From: Octopus bimaculoides
Lineage: Eukaryota
Direction of reading: 5' to 3'
DNA length: 64,000 bases
Assembly (NCBI RefSeq): GCF_001194135.2
Contig: NC_068981.1
Location: 142,801,841-142,865,840 of the forward strand
Made by a program: the position numbers and the translations under genes. A model generated the notes under the pieces. That model searched no databases. It saw only the letters and a list, made by a program, of their open reading frames with translations, and was not told the origin of the DNA. Positions 26,094 through 39,769 of this stretch are shown here, piece after piece. How positions within the stretch are numbered: the first letter of the stretch is position 1; each line of letters starts with the position of its first letter.

Positions 26094-27589
26094 GTAAGTT
26101 TGAATGTCATTATCATCATTTTAAGTTGTACACTTCCATTATTGATGTGTCAGGTGTAAATGATTTCAAAATATTCTTCTATATCTATCTTAAGCACATC
26201 ACATGTTTAGGCATTTTAAAATGCTTCCGACCATTTTAATGTTTGGCAATGAGTACAGTAAATGTAGATGTGGCAAACCATATCTGATAGGGACTAGAGC
26301 TCTATATATTTGTAACATTCTTAATCCGCTTAATCTCATTTATCTAAGAACCCATACATGGCAGAGTTGCCATACTAAATAAATGACTCGATCAAATCAA
26401 ATCTGGTGCCTTGAATATCCTATATGTCTCCCTTACAGCAGATTAAAATGCCATTCCTTTATTAAAGCTTTTATAAATTTCAAAGAGGTATAATCACAAG
26501 AGAAGATGTGAAATATTTTTCTTTTGTTTTTTAAAACTCTTGCTTCTAGACAGTTGCAAGGGTACAATTTGTCAGCGTATCACAAATCTTCAATGAACTT
26601 CAATGAAAATCTATGCTTATGTTTTCTTTGTATTTATTTGTTCAGAAGAATGGTTTACTCTTTCTGAGATACCAGGCAAAATTATAGATTTCACAATGTT
26701 AATTATATACTTGCTTCCTATTTTCTGAAATGCAAGAACGATAGCTAGTGGAAGATATATTGAGAAATAGATTGGTGCAACAGTATTATCCTGCCTGGCT
26801 AATATGTCCACATTGGTCTCTGCAGAACACATTTGCGATTGGAGTACGGTTTTATAGAGACGACTTGTTGGACAAATATTTTATAAAACTTACACAGGAA
26901 CCCTAACTTTCACATAAGTCTCAACAGTGCTTTTCTTTTCACAATGACAAAAAGTTTCCTTATGTCAATAATAATCTTGATAGAATGTTAGATCTTGCTC
27001 TACGTTGTTTCCCTGCATCTGTCTGACACCAAACCCAATATTCTTGGTGCCATTACTTAATCTATATGCACACTGGGACATTATATATACATAAACTTTT
27101 ACACTGTTCTCAATATCGTGAAAGTAAACATAAAAACATAAAGAATGCAGGAATAGAAATAAAAGGCAAAATAAAGAAAAATAACTGGCGTCATACAGAA
27201 ACGCCTAAACAAGCAAAAATCTGACAAGATCGAGAAGTCATATTAAAATTCAACATCGATTATTTTATTATAAAAAGAAATGCTACATAAATACAAATAG
27301 ACAGTGTGGTATAGATGTAGTTTTGTATATATTTAAGTAGATATTAGTTTACTTTATGAATATACAATATATGAAAATTTACAAACAGAAATTTTTTCCC
27401 AGTTAAGTAATGAATCACGAAATGTGAGTTATTTAAGTGTACATGCAATATTTTTGTTGCATTATTCTTCGGATATGTTCCAAAATGATTTCAAGTGAAT
27501 TTATATTGTATCATGCGATGTACTTTAAAATGCTTGGCTTTTTATAACATTAGTTTTCAATGAGACAGAATATACATACACTTCATACA

Positions 27590-27815
27590 TGATAAGGGAG
27601 TATTACTCCGTAAGGAGCATATGGCCGGTTCCGTGGTTTCTGCAGCGTATGTTTTCCTCTATGGATGAAACAACGGTCCGTCGCAGAAATACTAACTTTT
27701 ACCAGCTGAGTGGACTGGAGCAACGTAAAATGAAGTGTCTTGCTAACGAACACAACACAGAGCCCGGTCCAGAAATCGAAACCATTATTTTCCGATCATT
27801 AGTCCAACACCCTTA
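27590..27815 (-). mobile_element. tRNA-derived SINE fragment (second SINE type)
   Basis: ggactggagcaacgtaaaatgaagtgtcttgct...ccggtccagaaatcgaaacc...gatcattagtccaacacc is a reverse-oriented tRNA-like head plus core. Confidence 0.75.
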
Positions 27816-28805
27816 CTGCTATGTAGTTGTAGTTGCAAGTTATAGTATAGCAAACTTCTTCAAAGATAATAAAAGATAATCATATTTGCTCCTTGCCTGA
27901 TAACATTGTAGTGCGTGATTGAGTGAAATGTAATTTCTTCACCACGATGGAAAAAAATAATATTCCGAAAACAGAAAAATATTCATGCTTTTCACGAGAT
28001 TTTTCCTTTGCTGAAGAAAATATCTCAGAACAACAAGAAAGCAAAATGTTAATGCCAAGAACACAATATGTTTTGAGTCTAATGTTTATTTCTCTGCAGT
28101 AATAATCTATACTGAAAATAGTGCAAGACAAATAGTTAATGTATAGATAAGGAAATATTTTTATCTCTTGTCATATTCGATTAGGTATTTTTAATTATGA
28201 CTCCAATTATATGCTTCCAATTCACTAAAATACCTTTTACATGTGCTTTCAATTCTCAGAGCATATAGAGCGTGTTTTAGTGAAAACTTTCCCTCTGCTA
28301 TCTGTACGCCAACTGAAGTGGAAATTCATGTATTCAATTTGCCAAATTGGCAGAATTTCAATTAACAGTATGTGCATATTGAAAATTCTGCTTTGTTCTT
28401 TGTTTGTTCTTGTTAGATTTAGTCTAACACTTGATTTTATGGCCTACTGTTATATCACAGTTCAATTATATAATTATACATGGAATTCGTTCTCATATAA
28501 CATATTTTAACCCCATAACATTTAAACGTGGTTTGTTACTGAAATTCCTCACGTTGGTTCCAAGAAAATATAATTCATAGGACAAAAGATGGTAATTGTT
28601 CAGTATAGTAAAAACGAACATTTCGAAAATGCTAGTGAATGAATGTTTTTTCCCCCCAGAAAAATAAACACTAGTATATCTATCTAAACATACTACGTTG
28701 TGTAGAAAACTAAATTATGGGTTACTACAGATAATATTATTAACAAATTGTTCATTTTTAATTAACCAACCTCGTTACCAAAGGAAAGGCCTTGATTTTT
28801 AACAG

Positions 28806-28841
28806 AACACCTACAGCACTGATCATCTGTTCGCCATTTCA
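28806..28841 (+). CDS. Candidate 36-nt coding exon
   Basis: cttgatttttaacag|AACACC...ATTTCA|gtgagt encodes NTYSTDHLFAIS in phase 0-0, compatible with the 26038-26093 exon. Confidence 0.4.
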
Positions 28842-29129
28842 GTGAGTTTGCTTTGGTGATCAAACTGGGTTTTCTGGAAAGCTACTTGGGAGACGTTGCT
28901 CCACTTTTTCAATTATATTTGATTACATGCGCCTGAGCGTAAAAGAGGAAAAGAAAAGTTACATATCCAGTGCTTGATTGTTATTTATCTATTGAATCCG
29001 GGAAAATGAGAGGTAAACATGACCTGTAAGTGAATTGAACTGAATTCGGGAGAATTACAGGAAAATATTTGTATCCTGTAGAATGTTACTATAACATAAA
29101 AACAAACACACACACACTCCCGACCCTAT

Positions 29130-29324
29130 CATATCACTGATTCCTTCACCTGTAATTCCAGCAACGTCATCTACTGCATCTCCTGCTCTCTGTGTCCTTC
29201 TCTATACATCGGTCAAACGGGACTCCTATTGGCTTACCGGTTGGCGGAACACCTCCGAGACACCAGACTCGGCAACGACACCCCGGTCTCGTGCCATTTC
29301 CGTGTTCAGATTGTCCTTGCATAG
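29130..29324 (+). mobile_element. Penelope-like GIY-YIG endonuclease fragment (distinct family)
   Basis: Manual translation: HITDSFTCNSSNVIYCISCSLCPSLYIGQTGLLLAYRLAEHLRDTR, matching the FTCxSxNVIYCIxC..YIGxT..R..EH signature. Confidence 0.9.
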
Positions 29325-29581
29325 GGGCCATTCAGACTCCCGTCTTCACCGTGAACAAAGATTAATCTTCTATCTTCGCTCCTTTTCGCCAAATGGGCTC
29401 AACTTTCCTCCTCTCTTCATCTAACCCGCCTCCTCTCTCCTTTCTTCCTCTTACTTTCTTTCCGCCACTATACCTATATATATGTATATATATACCTATA
29501 TATATATATATAGGTATGTTACAGTAAACAGAAATAATAAAACTGAAAATATTAGTATATGTATATATTTATTCATGTTTA

Positions 29582-29719
29582 CAGAAGTAACAAAGTGGCT
29601 CAGAGTCCGAGAGTTTCGTGCGTTGGCACTTATCAAACTTCGATAAGTGCTACAATAAATTGATTTGATAATGGCCAACGCACTAAATTCTTGGACCTTG
29701 AGTCATCCTGTTACTTCTG
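29582..29719. repeat. Inverted repeat (two arms of about 57 bp) containing a hammerhead-like motif
   Basis: 29582-29638 cagaagtaacaaagtggctcagagtccgagagtttcgtgcgttggcacttatcaaac is the reverse complement, with mismatches, of 29663-29719. Confidence 0.8.
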
Positions 29720-29745
29720 CTAAATATTAGTATATATATGTGGGA

Positions 29746-29787
<42 letters not shown>

Positions 29788-29819
29788 NNNNNNNNNNNNN
29801 NNNNNNNNNNNNNNNNNNN

Positions 29820-29863
<44 letters not shown>

Positions 29864-30164
29864 GATGTGGCTACAGGACGTCACCAGCGGTTCAAAACAA
29901 CATGAAATACGAAAATAAACGCGTAAAATACGTAAACAACGAGAAAAATGAAAAACCGGACATGTAATCACAGAAAATGTACCCGTCATCAGTTGTCGGC
30001 TGTCTATCTACTCCTTGTTTGGGAACGCTCAGTGCATACATGTATAAAAATATATGTGTGTGTGTCTGCGTCTGTGTGTGTTTGGTGTTTGTGAGTGTAC
30101 CTGTGTATCTGTTTGTACGTGTGCAATATTTGGAGTTTGTGCTTATGTAAATGTCTGTTTGGCT

Positions 30165-30193
30165 TTATGTATGTATGCATGTATTTATGCATG

Positions 30194-30227
<34 letters not shown>

Positions 30228-30305
30228 TGTATGTATGTATGTATGCATGTATGCATGCATGTATGTACGAAAGTACGTATGTATGTATGTATGTATGTAT
30301 ATGTG
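30165..30305. repeat. (TATG)n microsatellite
   Basis: Directly visible. Confidence 0.95.
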
Positions 30306-31740
30306 TATCTGTACTTAGTTTGGTTTTAGGATTTTTGCATATGTATGTCTGCATTAGGTGCTGCTATGTGTTATTTAATGTGCTTGAATCTGACTCAAAC
30401 TTTTGGTGATTTTATATGCTTTCCCGTTGTTTATTTTCTATGATATCATTGAACAAAAATGTGTATAGATATTTTTATACACCTGAACGATTAAGTATGA
30501 TTATTCATTGTGGTCTTGTATAGGAAACAAATATTTATTGAAAATTTAATACACTTATCTTTGAGCTCAATGTATGTTACAGTTGTTATAATATATAACT
30601 GTGGATTTAGAAATTAATATAAAGCATTCACTCTAAAGCACATCTATTGTTACATCTTTTGAATATATATATTATCTTTGTGAAAATATGGGTAATCGTT
30701 TCCTCTCATAATCCTCATTTAATCCGCTTGTAGCCCTTCATTTGCAGTCTATTACAATTGAATCTATTTTCACAAACTGTAATTAAAGCCATTGAAAACA
30801 GCATATATCTTTATTTACTATTAGCTAAATTATTACAATCACTGACATTAACAACGCCATCATATAGTTGCTGGTAGTAGTAATGTAATAACATTCAATA
30901 TCAACCAAGAATCACCGAGGCGCGACGTTCTATATGATAGTTTGTCGTGCCAGAAATTCATACACATCTCCCATATTTCATACTACTTCTTAAGTGAAGG
31001 AAAAAAAACCCTCACTTGATATGATCTTATATACTCTTGATAAAGGTAGAATGACCATAGCTCTCAGTGCTGACCTACGGCTAATTGATAACAACACGGA
31101 AAACAGCAAGAAGAACAGCAACGTATTACAATCTATATATTAAATTGTTAATCTGAGCTTTATGTGACTAATGGTAAGTTCCAGCAACTCCTTATAACTT
31201 CTGTAATTTACGTGGTTCATCTCAGCGTGCAGTCGTTTGGATCATTTGTATATTAGAATGTCACGTACATTGCAATTACCTCTAAATCTATACGTAAGAC
31301 TTCCGTATCAAAAGGAGTTGTCACATATATGTGATACTGAAGAACATAGTAGAGTACTTGCAATCCTAATTTATTCGGAGCCTAACGGAACAACTATTCT
31401 CCTGTTTTTAGCTACACCTTCAACAATAGCAGATACACATTCCTCACACTACAGCTTCAGAAGTATGCACACATTGGTAAATGTACCGTTGATTTCAATG
31501 TTTCTAGAAAAATGACCTGATGTTTACGAGTGCAATGACTTTTGTAACTGATTTACTGGACCACAGGAGACCTGAGATTAAATGACCACACACACATATT
31601 CTAAAGTTACAAGAGAAATAACTTCAACAGGAACACCTGGTCTTCACACATCCTAAGCGTTCTCTTCCTTCATGGTAATGGTCAGATCTATGAAGAATCA
31701 AATGAGATTTTCATTTGGCGCGTTGAAATTCAATACTGCT

Positions 31741-32060
31741 GAGCAATGCACAATTCTTAGAAGTGACAATTTTCTGTCTCTACTTGCAGAAGAAGTCTCA
31801 CTGATACTTTTGGAATTAATCAGAATTAGTAAAATTTTATGAATTGTTTTCGTTCAGCTATATTTCATCTATATTTCATCGATTATAGCGATTTATGAAA
31901 TGTTTTAGTTGAGCAATGCAGAATTCTTAGAAGTGACAATTGTCTGTCTCTACTTGCAGAAGAAGCCTTACTGATACTTTTGGAATTAATCAGAATTAGT
32001 AAAATTTATGCATTGTTTTCGTTCACCTATATTTTAACTATATTTCATCGATTATAGCGA
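31741..32060. repeat. Local tandem duplication, unit about 150 bp, period 170 bp
   Basis: gagcaatgca(c/g)aattcttagaagtgacaat...gattatagcga occurs at 31741-31891 and 31911-32060. Confidence 0.9.
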
Positions 32061-33228
32061 AAGAGTCGTCCACAATTCTTTATCAGGAATCGCAAGACAT
32101 GTATTAAGAAGGGAGATGAAGTTAAGTATCTAGAGAATAAATTCATCTCCCGAACAATGCAGACTCTGCAAAAGACATATGCACAAAAAAGGTTGGATTT
32201 GTTTCTAAAAACAGCAACAAATTATATCTATCACAATACTCCTTCACAGAAAAAAAGTTGAAGCAATGCCTTAGTTAAAACCAAATGTATTGCTTGGTAC
32301 AATTATATACTCCACATAATATGCATTGTGCAAATTGGCGTGTTTAGACACTCCTGTCTTGTGATGGGTGAGCAGATTTTCTGCAGCGTAATTTCTTTAC
32401 GTATGCACTTTGGATTAAGATTTTTCATTCAAACCTTTTAACTTCATTCTCTCCATGCAAACGTATTATTAGATTCATCAATAATTAATACAATAAATAT
32501 GACGTTTTCAAAGTACATCACTGTCAATTACAGTTATATACTATTTCTCTTAATTTGATTTTCGCAGAAGCTTGTTTGTTGTATAATACCTTTAAGTATG
32601 TCGCAAGTGATTCAAAAACATTTAAATAAAATATGCATGTGTTATTAATTTTCTCTACTATAACCCTGGGTTCCAAGCTATAGAATATAGCAGGCTTAAG
32701 CCTATGCCTTGTGAGTTTTTATACATAAAATGCATTGTAGTAAATTAGACAGCTGTTATTTCTATATTGAGAGATTCTCACTTGAGACATGAGTGTGTTT
32801 AAGTCATGACAACAGATTCTAGAAATTAATTTGCAATTATCAGTCACTTAAAAGTCGGACAAGAGAAGATAATTTTATAAAAATAAGTCTTACAAGGTAC
32901 TTTGATAGATTTCAGTATTATGAAATGTAGTAAACACATTTACCTGTCTAAATGTTTATTCATATGTTCAGGTGATATCTCTAGAGAATTCAACTTATCT
33001 ATATGTGTACATCAATTTCAAATAACCCAGACTACATAATAAATATAAAATAACACCTTTACTCTGCAAAAAAAATTTCTCTAATTTTCTACTTTATTAT
33101 TTTCCAGATTTATTTATTTATTCATTTATTTATTTATTTATTTATTTACTTGCTATTACTAAATTTCTACACAGTGTTGAAATACAGTGATTGTTAAAAT
33201 CTAGCATTACATTTACTCTTCAATTCAG

Positions 33229-33235
33229 AGAAAGG
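33229..33235 (+). CDS. Candidate 7-nt micro-exon
   Basis: catttactcttcaattcag|AGAAAGG|gtaagt, phase 0 to phase 1 (RK+G). Confidence 0.25.
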
Positions 33236-35194
33236 GTAAGTAACACAGACGCATTTTTTTTTGAGCATATTTTCTATGCTTTTAGTGTAATATTGATTTT
33301 ACACGATATTTGTTCATCGATTACCATGTCTTTTCTTCATAGACAAATATGATGGTGTTAGAATGATCACATACTAAACTCATATCAAGGAAAAAACATT
33401 ATTAACATTTTTCGGTATATCAAGTTTTATTTTCAATCAGAAGCTACTTTTGTATAACGTTTCTATAGTGTGAATGATGGCAATAATTTTTCTCGATGTG
33501 ACAATAATTCTATTTGTAAATCACGTCTCATTGATATTATATTTCATATTGTTACGCTTAGTGGATTACCGCAGTAAGTCTAAATATTTTTGGGAAATCG
33601 TTTTGAATTCATCAAGGGCCATGTTCTGGAACTAAACAGGCTGAGGGAATGAGTCTACAACCCATGAAGAGGCATAACCCATTCTACTGTAATTCTCGTA
33701 GGTACCGTTTTCCGGATTCAACTCAGAAAGTTTGAATCAACTCGAAGCTTCGACACAGAACATTTAATCTAAATGCTACCCCTGACACTGAACAAGAATT
33801 TATGTGAAATTGAAGCGCCGTCTTAAATACTGTATCAGTCATAGGTCATTAAATGCTTATAATTGTTTTCTTTATAATTTCAATGTACAAGATTGATAAT
33901 TTTGATTAATATTTTGATTCAGCTTTCATTTTGAGAATATTGCAGGCAATCGCTTAATGAATATTAAATAAGTAAACAACGAGAATGCTATGAAAATATG
34001 CTCCCATACCGATTGAGATGTTTAATAAATTGCGCTTAATGGAATGATGGATATTCTATTCTGTTATTTCATATATCCCAAATTGCGTAATGAAACGTTA
34101 ATCTAGCGACAATATCAGATGCATGTGAGAGCTCATACGTATGGATTTCTGTTAATGTTACATTCTTCATGTTTCTGTTTTGTGGTGGTAGATATATCGA
34201 TAAAACCATTTCACTACATACTCCCTGTTCAATACGATGCGTCGTAAGTAAATTATAACTTATGTATGCTACAAAGAAAATTTCAGGATAAAAGTTTAAA
34301 ATGTTTATATTTACAACTTCTAGCTGAGAAATCAACGTAGCCACGATTTTCAACATTGAACAATATAAATAATACATATTACATATATGCGGTCTTTATT
34401 TCGGCATCGACCGCAAGGTTATACCGTTTTCTTTACTATTTCCACATTATTTTCTCATTTCCCACATCACTCTTACCTTTAGCTCATTAATATTCCATTT
34501 AACACATCACGCCTAACTAAACACTTGCATCCTACATTGCCCATCCACCTGTTCCTTACGGATACATGGATTTGTATATGTAAACAATATCCCGACTCCT
34601 CCTGTCTCCTTAACTCTACCATAGAACCACATTCCTAATCGGTCTCTAACATTTTTCTCCATTTCATTTCATCTCATTTCTACAACTCTTCATTTCTTGT
34701 TTCTGGCGAAGTATTCTATGTCTGCAACGTCCAGACACTTTTCCTTTTTCTTTTCCATTTTCTTTTCAAGCCTGAGACTTATGTGAATACTTGTCCCTTT
34801 AGTACTTTTTTTCTTTTACCTCATTTATTGTATATGTGTGTGTGTTTGCCTGCATGTATGTATGCACCTACATAAGAAGAGAAATGAAAACCACTGCACG
34901 GTTATTGGAGATTCGTGCGTGCGTGCGCGTGTGTTTGTATGCATGCACGTGTGTGTTCCTCTCTGAATATCGTATATACTGAGTGGAGAGGGAAACATAC
35001 ATTCTGTAAAGTGTAATATTTTGCGCATCATTGATGAAAAAAGAATAAAAACGTTTCTTTAAGAAAATACCAAGTATCTGAGTTTTGATTCCTAGGTACA
35101 CCTTGTTTAAGTGAGATCATTGTGCTTGTAATTGTTCCGTTTTTCAATATCTGGGGTACCGATTCGGATCATTTGTGAATTGATATTTTCACAG

Positions 35195-35301
35195 CTAGCC
35201 TGACGCCTGTCGCTACTGTGTCTGATAGGCCCACCACTGCAACGGCTGCTATCATTGTGAAACTGTTTGAGATTTCGAATAACATCGTCATTCAGGGATA
35301 A
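35195..35301 (+). CDS. Candidate terminal coding exon (Thr/Ala/Pro-rich)
   Basis: tgatattttcacag|CT AGC CTG..., phase 1, reads (A)SLTPVATVSDRPTTATAAIIVKLFEISNNIVIQG*. Locally more GC-rich than its flanks. Confidence 0.35.
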
Positions 35302-35785
35302 GTTTTATTCCCGATAACCATTGCAAAATAATTTCGGCTAGAAAGCTCCTCTCGATTACTTCTGAAAAGCAGTGTTCGTATATATAGGAAGTAAAGAGAA
35401 ATCTTATGACATAAGCATGTCTGTTGAGAAAGTAATGCATTTTCTGATTGGTTCCAATATAATGACGTTGGCAGACTTGTTGGCGCAATTCACCTGGGCG
35501 AATCACATATTTTACAACGTTAGACTTTCGATGTGAAATGTGATAAAGAATGGAAGTTTGCTCATACCGAAATGTTTGGTATTGGAGATGTTGTAGTCAA
35601 AAGAAAATTAACAAACTATAGATCTATTTTCGTGACAACTGTTGTGATGACTGTAACAAACTTAGATAATTTGCAACTTGTAAAATTCAACATATCTTGT
35701 TTTTACATACTACTCAAAGAAGCTACATCTTTCATTAATTCGAACACGCATTTTTCTTTCACTATTTTCCATTTCCCTGTTCCTT

Positions 35786-35817
<32 letters not shown>

Positions 35818-35887
35818 GCACACACACACACACACACGCACGTACTCACTCCATGTATGTGTGTGTGTCTCTCTCTCTCTTCCCCTG

Positions 35888-35919
<32 letters not shown>

Positions 35920-35999
35920 CCATACAACACAAAGTCTCTAACTATTTCTCTATCTATCTGTCTGTCTATCTCCCTATCTACTTATCTATCTATCTAACA

Positions 36000-36490
36000 T
36001 TCCCTCGTCAACTTTTTCAAGTACCACTTGAAAAGGAGGATGAGGATAGAGAGGAAAGTGTTGTCGAATGAAAGTTTCAATAAAAAATGGGTAAATGTGG
36101 CAAGAATGGTAAGAATGAAAGACGACACCATTTTAANNNNNNNNNNNNNNNNNNNNNNNNNNNNNNNNNNNNNNNNNNNNNNNNNNNNNNNNNNNNNNNN
36201 NNNNNNNNNNNNNNNNNNNNNNNNNNNNNNNNNNNNNNNNNNNNNNNNNNNNNNNNNNNNNNNNNNNNNNNNNNNNNNNNNNNNNNNNNNNNNNNNNNNN
36301 NNNNNNNNNNNNNNNNNNNNNNNNNNNNNNNNNNNNNNNNNNNNNNNNNNNNNNNNNNNNNNNNNNNNNNNNNNNNNNNNNNNNNNNNNNNNNNCCCTTT
36401 TGATCCAAATTACCCCCCCCCCCCAAAGCTCTACTTTGTAATTTGTCCATTTTCTGTATTTAGCCCTGTGTGGCTATAATAAAAAGATAT
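36000..36490 (+). mobile_element. Tx1/L1-type LINE 3' end, interrupted by a gap
   Basis: NFFKYHLKRRMRIERKVLSNESFNKKWVNVARMVR is homologous to LNRKIRLDRRHLSQSVFAKRW at 47.3 kb. A 3' UTR with AATAAA follows the gap. Confidence 0.65.
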
Positions 36491-37077
36491 CTAACATTCA
36501 CATGTTTCTAATCTTTTCCTCTCTTTCGCTGCTCTTTTTGCCCAAGTGCTAGTCGTACTCAACAGAGATAGCAAATACTACATCGTCCCACAAGAGCATT
36601 CAGTTTGATAATTAATTAATGCGATGAGTTTGAGAAATATGATTATGGTAGGTGTGGGCAATTAATTAATATAGACATTACATAATTTGAATATATTTGT
36701 TTGCCACTACGGAGAAGGTCAATCTATTTATCATACAGCACACAAAACAGACAAAGAGGAAATAAGCTATATTCAATGTAATTGAAAACAGTCGATCATT
36801 TGTTTGTGCTTTAATACAGCTACCTACTTAAGTTGTCTGCATCGATAAGTTGTCAGGCTCTCAGCTGAAGCCGTCTCTTATCTTATTTTTGAGCAATAAA
36901 ATTCTTCTGTTTACTTGTCTGTCCAGAGTACAAAAAGAGATCGGATGATGGCAGGCCGACAAACTTGTTGAAATCTAATGATGCCAAACTTAATCTTCTA
37001 CCATATATTGTTGACTTTTTCAAGCTATTCCCTGTTATAAGGACAGAAATGATACTGTAATAGTATATCATAATAGT

Positions 37078-37120
<43 letters not shown>

Positions 37121-37447
37121 CGTGCGCGCGTGTACGTGTGTTTTTGCGTAGCATCAAAACAAAGGGGGATTAATAAGGGACAGGGAGTCAGACAAAATAT
37201 TTCTTAAGCTCTCTGCAGAGAAAAAGAATATACTAGGCTAACAACAATATTTTGTGATCTTATGATCGATATTCAACTCCAGGTAATCCGAAGTTGAAGG
37301 GCGAAGTCGAAGTTCATAACCAGTCAAATTTCTAAATTCGTGGCCGTAATACCCGCTTGCGATGGTATATTATTACGGTGTGAATATAAAATAAACAAAA
37401 TTAACGGGTTATATACCTTTATTCATATATTCATTTATTTATTATAG

Positions 37448-37464
37448 GCGTACAGTTGTTTCAG
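37448..37464 (+). CDS. Candidate 17-nt micro-exon
   Basis: tcatttatttattatag|GCGTACAGTTGTTTCAG|gtatgc, phase 1 to phase 0 ((G)VQLFQ). Confidence 0.25.
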
Positions 37465-37649
37465 GTATGCATTTGTGTACGTTCATGGTCCAATTTTATC
37501 AATCGACTGAAATTATAGGGAACGATCATCGCAACGCTATCTTCTCCAGGGCCAAAACAAACAGAAGAAAAGAAAAAGGTGTTGGAATTTGGTCAGTGTG
37601 ACAATCATACGGAACTAGGTCACCTGTTTCTAGTCATGAGCCTTAAGCT

Positions 37650-38600
37650 GTCTTCTCTTTTTTTACCAAGAGTGAACAGTATTGATCTTCAGTAAAGAAA
37701 TTTGATACACCACATCTTTAGGGTCAATGGGTATGTTGCTCGGAATCTTGAAGAAGAGAGTAGAATTGACACGAACTGCAGCCTCTCTTGGACACAGGAC
37801 CACTACATCACATCTCAATTTGATGGTTATGCATTTGCAATCCAAGAACAGGAGATTGCCACAAAGTATCGGGTGAACTACAGAGAGATTGACGCTCTTG
37901 TTATCCCAAGGTGCAACCGCATGTGTAGGCTATGTCATGTTTCTGTGGATGACATTACGCATGAGATTAGCATGTGTCCTAAAATTTTGTCACAGTACTA
38001 TCTTCCTATGCTATACGTTGTCGTTACTAAAGCAATTTACAATGCCATACGAAAAAAAAAAAGAGGTTAACATAAAGCTAGAGATCAGTGAAAAAGAGAA
38101 CGGCTATGGTGAACTATTGAGAAATCTGCAGTTACTCTGTCCACATTACTATTTCAGGTTTCAACCTGTAATTATTGGGGACACAGAATATGTAACAGAC
38201 TTCTTTAATACCAATCTTGAGAAATTAGGCTTCTCAAAGCTAGAAAAGAGAAAGCTAATTAGAAGACTACAGATCCAATAAATCACTGAAACTGCAAAAG
38301 TCTGTAACAATTTCTAGAAGTTTATCTTTTCAATAGACATGAGCATGTCTAGATGCGCAACTCTATACATGAAAATACAGACATAAAACATACAAATCTG
38401 CACATACATTCCTGCATACATACATGCATACATACATACATACATACATACATACATACACACAAAAATACCCTGTTGCTGATGTTGAGATTCCAATGAA
38501 GGAGCCTTGGCTCTAGATTAGGAACGGGTTTTATCTTTATTTTCAAGAAATATTGAAATAAATTGAATAATGACGTACATACATACATACATACATACAT
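37650..38600 (+). mobile_element. RLE-type LINE family C, 3' portion with internal deletion
   Basis: TSQFDGYAFAIQEQEIATKY...CRLCHVSVDDITHEISMCP and YGELLRNLQLLCP...FQPVIIG. The 3' UTR is shared with 55620-55900 and ends in (ACAT)n. Confidence 0.9.
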
Positions 38601-39112
38601 ACACACATACATTCATTCATACATACATACATACACACTTGTATATTCTCCACATACTTGTTGAATTCTTTACACTTTGAATTTGAAAATATTTCCTCAA
38701 TCCTGCATACATATGTACATGTCTGTTTCTATGTGTGCAATTTTGTGCATTGTGTATATGTGTGCTTGTGTGTTAGTGTGTTAGGCAAGTATTCGTTTAT
38801 TTTAGCGTAATGTATAACTGCTTTACATACATCAGCTGGTGCCATAATGCATGCCCTANNNNNNNNNNTATATATATAGTTACCATGGAAATATGTTTAG
38901 AAAGCCTATTTGTCATTACAAAATTTGTAAAACAAATGCTATAAAAAATTCCATTAAAACTTAAATATCTTATGACATTCGAGAAATGTGTACTAACCGA
39001 ATCACTAATTCTAACTATCGTCATAAAATTATAGCATTTAACTACATGAAAGTTGTTTGATATACGTACCTTTCATAGTCTCTTTCTCCCTTCATTTTTA
39101 CCTACTTTGCAG

Positions 39113-39136
39113 GATCATATTCAGAAACTAAAATAG
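39113..39136 (+). CDS. Candidate alternative terminal exon (coding part)
   Basis: Strong acceptor tctttctcccttcatttttacctactttgcag|G. Phase 0 reads DHIQKLK*, followed by AT-rich UTR-like sequence. Confidence 0.3.
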   Translation, partial: DHIQKLK

Positions 39137-39724
39137 AATTCGTCGAAAATTTCAAAGGAACTTATTTATGTCTTTCTCTTATTAATCTACCGTTCGCTTT
39201 TTAGTATTTGTCCTCGGTTATGCCACACGCTGTAAAAACTTATTGCAAACTATTTCTTTCCTTCTTTCTTTCTTTCTGGCGTTCTTAATAGTTGTTTTTG
39301 GTAATTATTTTTGTGAATTTAATTGACATTTGTCAGCATTACTTTTCGTAAGTTCGTAAAATTCTACATTGTTTGCTCTATATTTAAGTAGATGTATTTG
39401 CATTAATTTGTTATGTATTGATGACTAATTAAGTATATGGAAAATGCTCAATGTAGTCTATGGCAACGACAGGATAATTGGTTTGAAGCGTATAAAAGTA
39501 GCATATAGACGTCTTTCAATTAGCGATATTTGTTCCATTATATATTCTCTTGCCGAGTTCACTGACTTGAGAAAATAATACTTCTCTTAACAAAATATTC
39601 ACTAGCTGTTTATTTCTGATTTCTATACCACTTCCTATATTTGTGTGTGTGCATGTATGTATGTATGTATGTGCCTATGTCTGTGACTGGAGTGTGTGCA
39701 TGTGTGTGTGTGCGTGTGAGTATC

Positions 39725-39769
<45 letters not shown>

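Noticed and set aside
31158-31173. 16-nt candidate exon with a gtaagt donor
   Set aside because: Weak GAG acceptor, and it has the same phase as the 33229 micro-exon, so including both changes the frame. Not supportable without RNA data.
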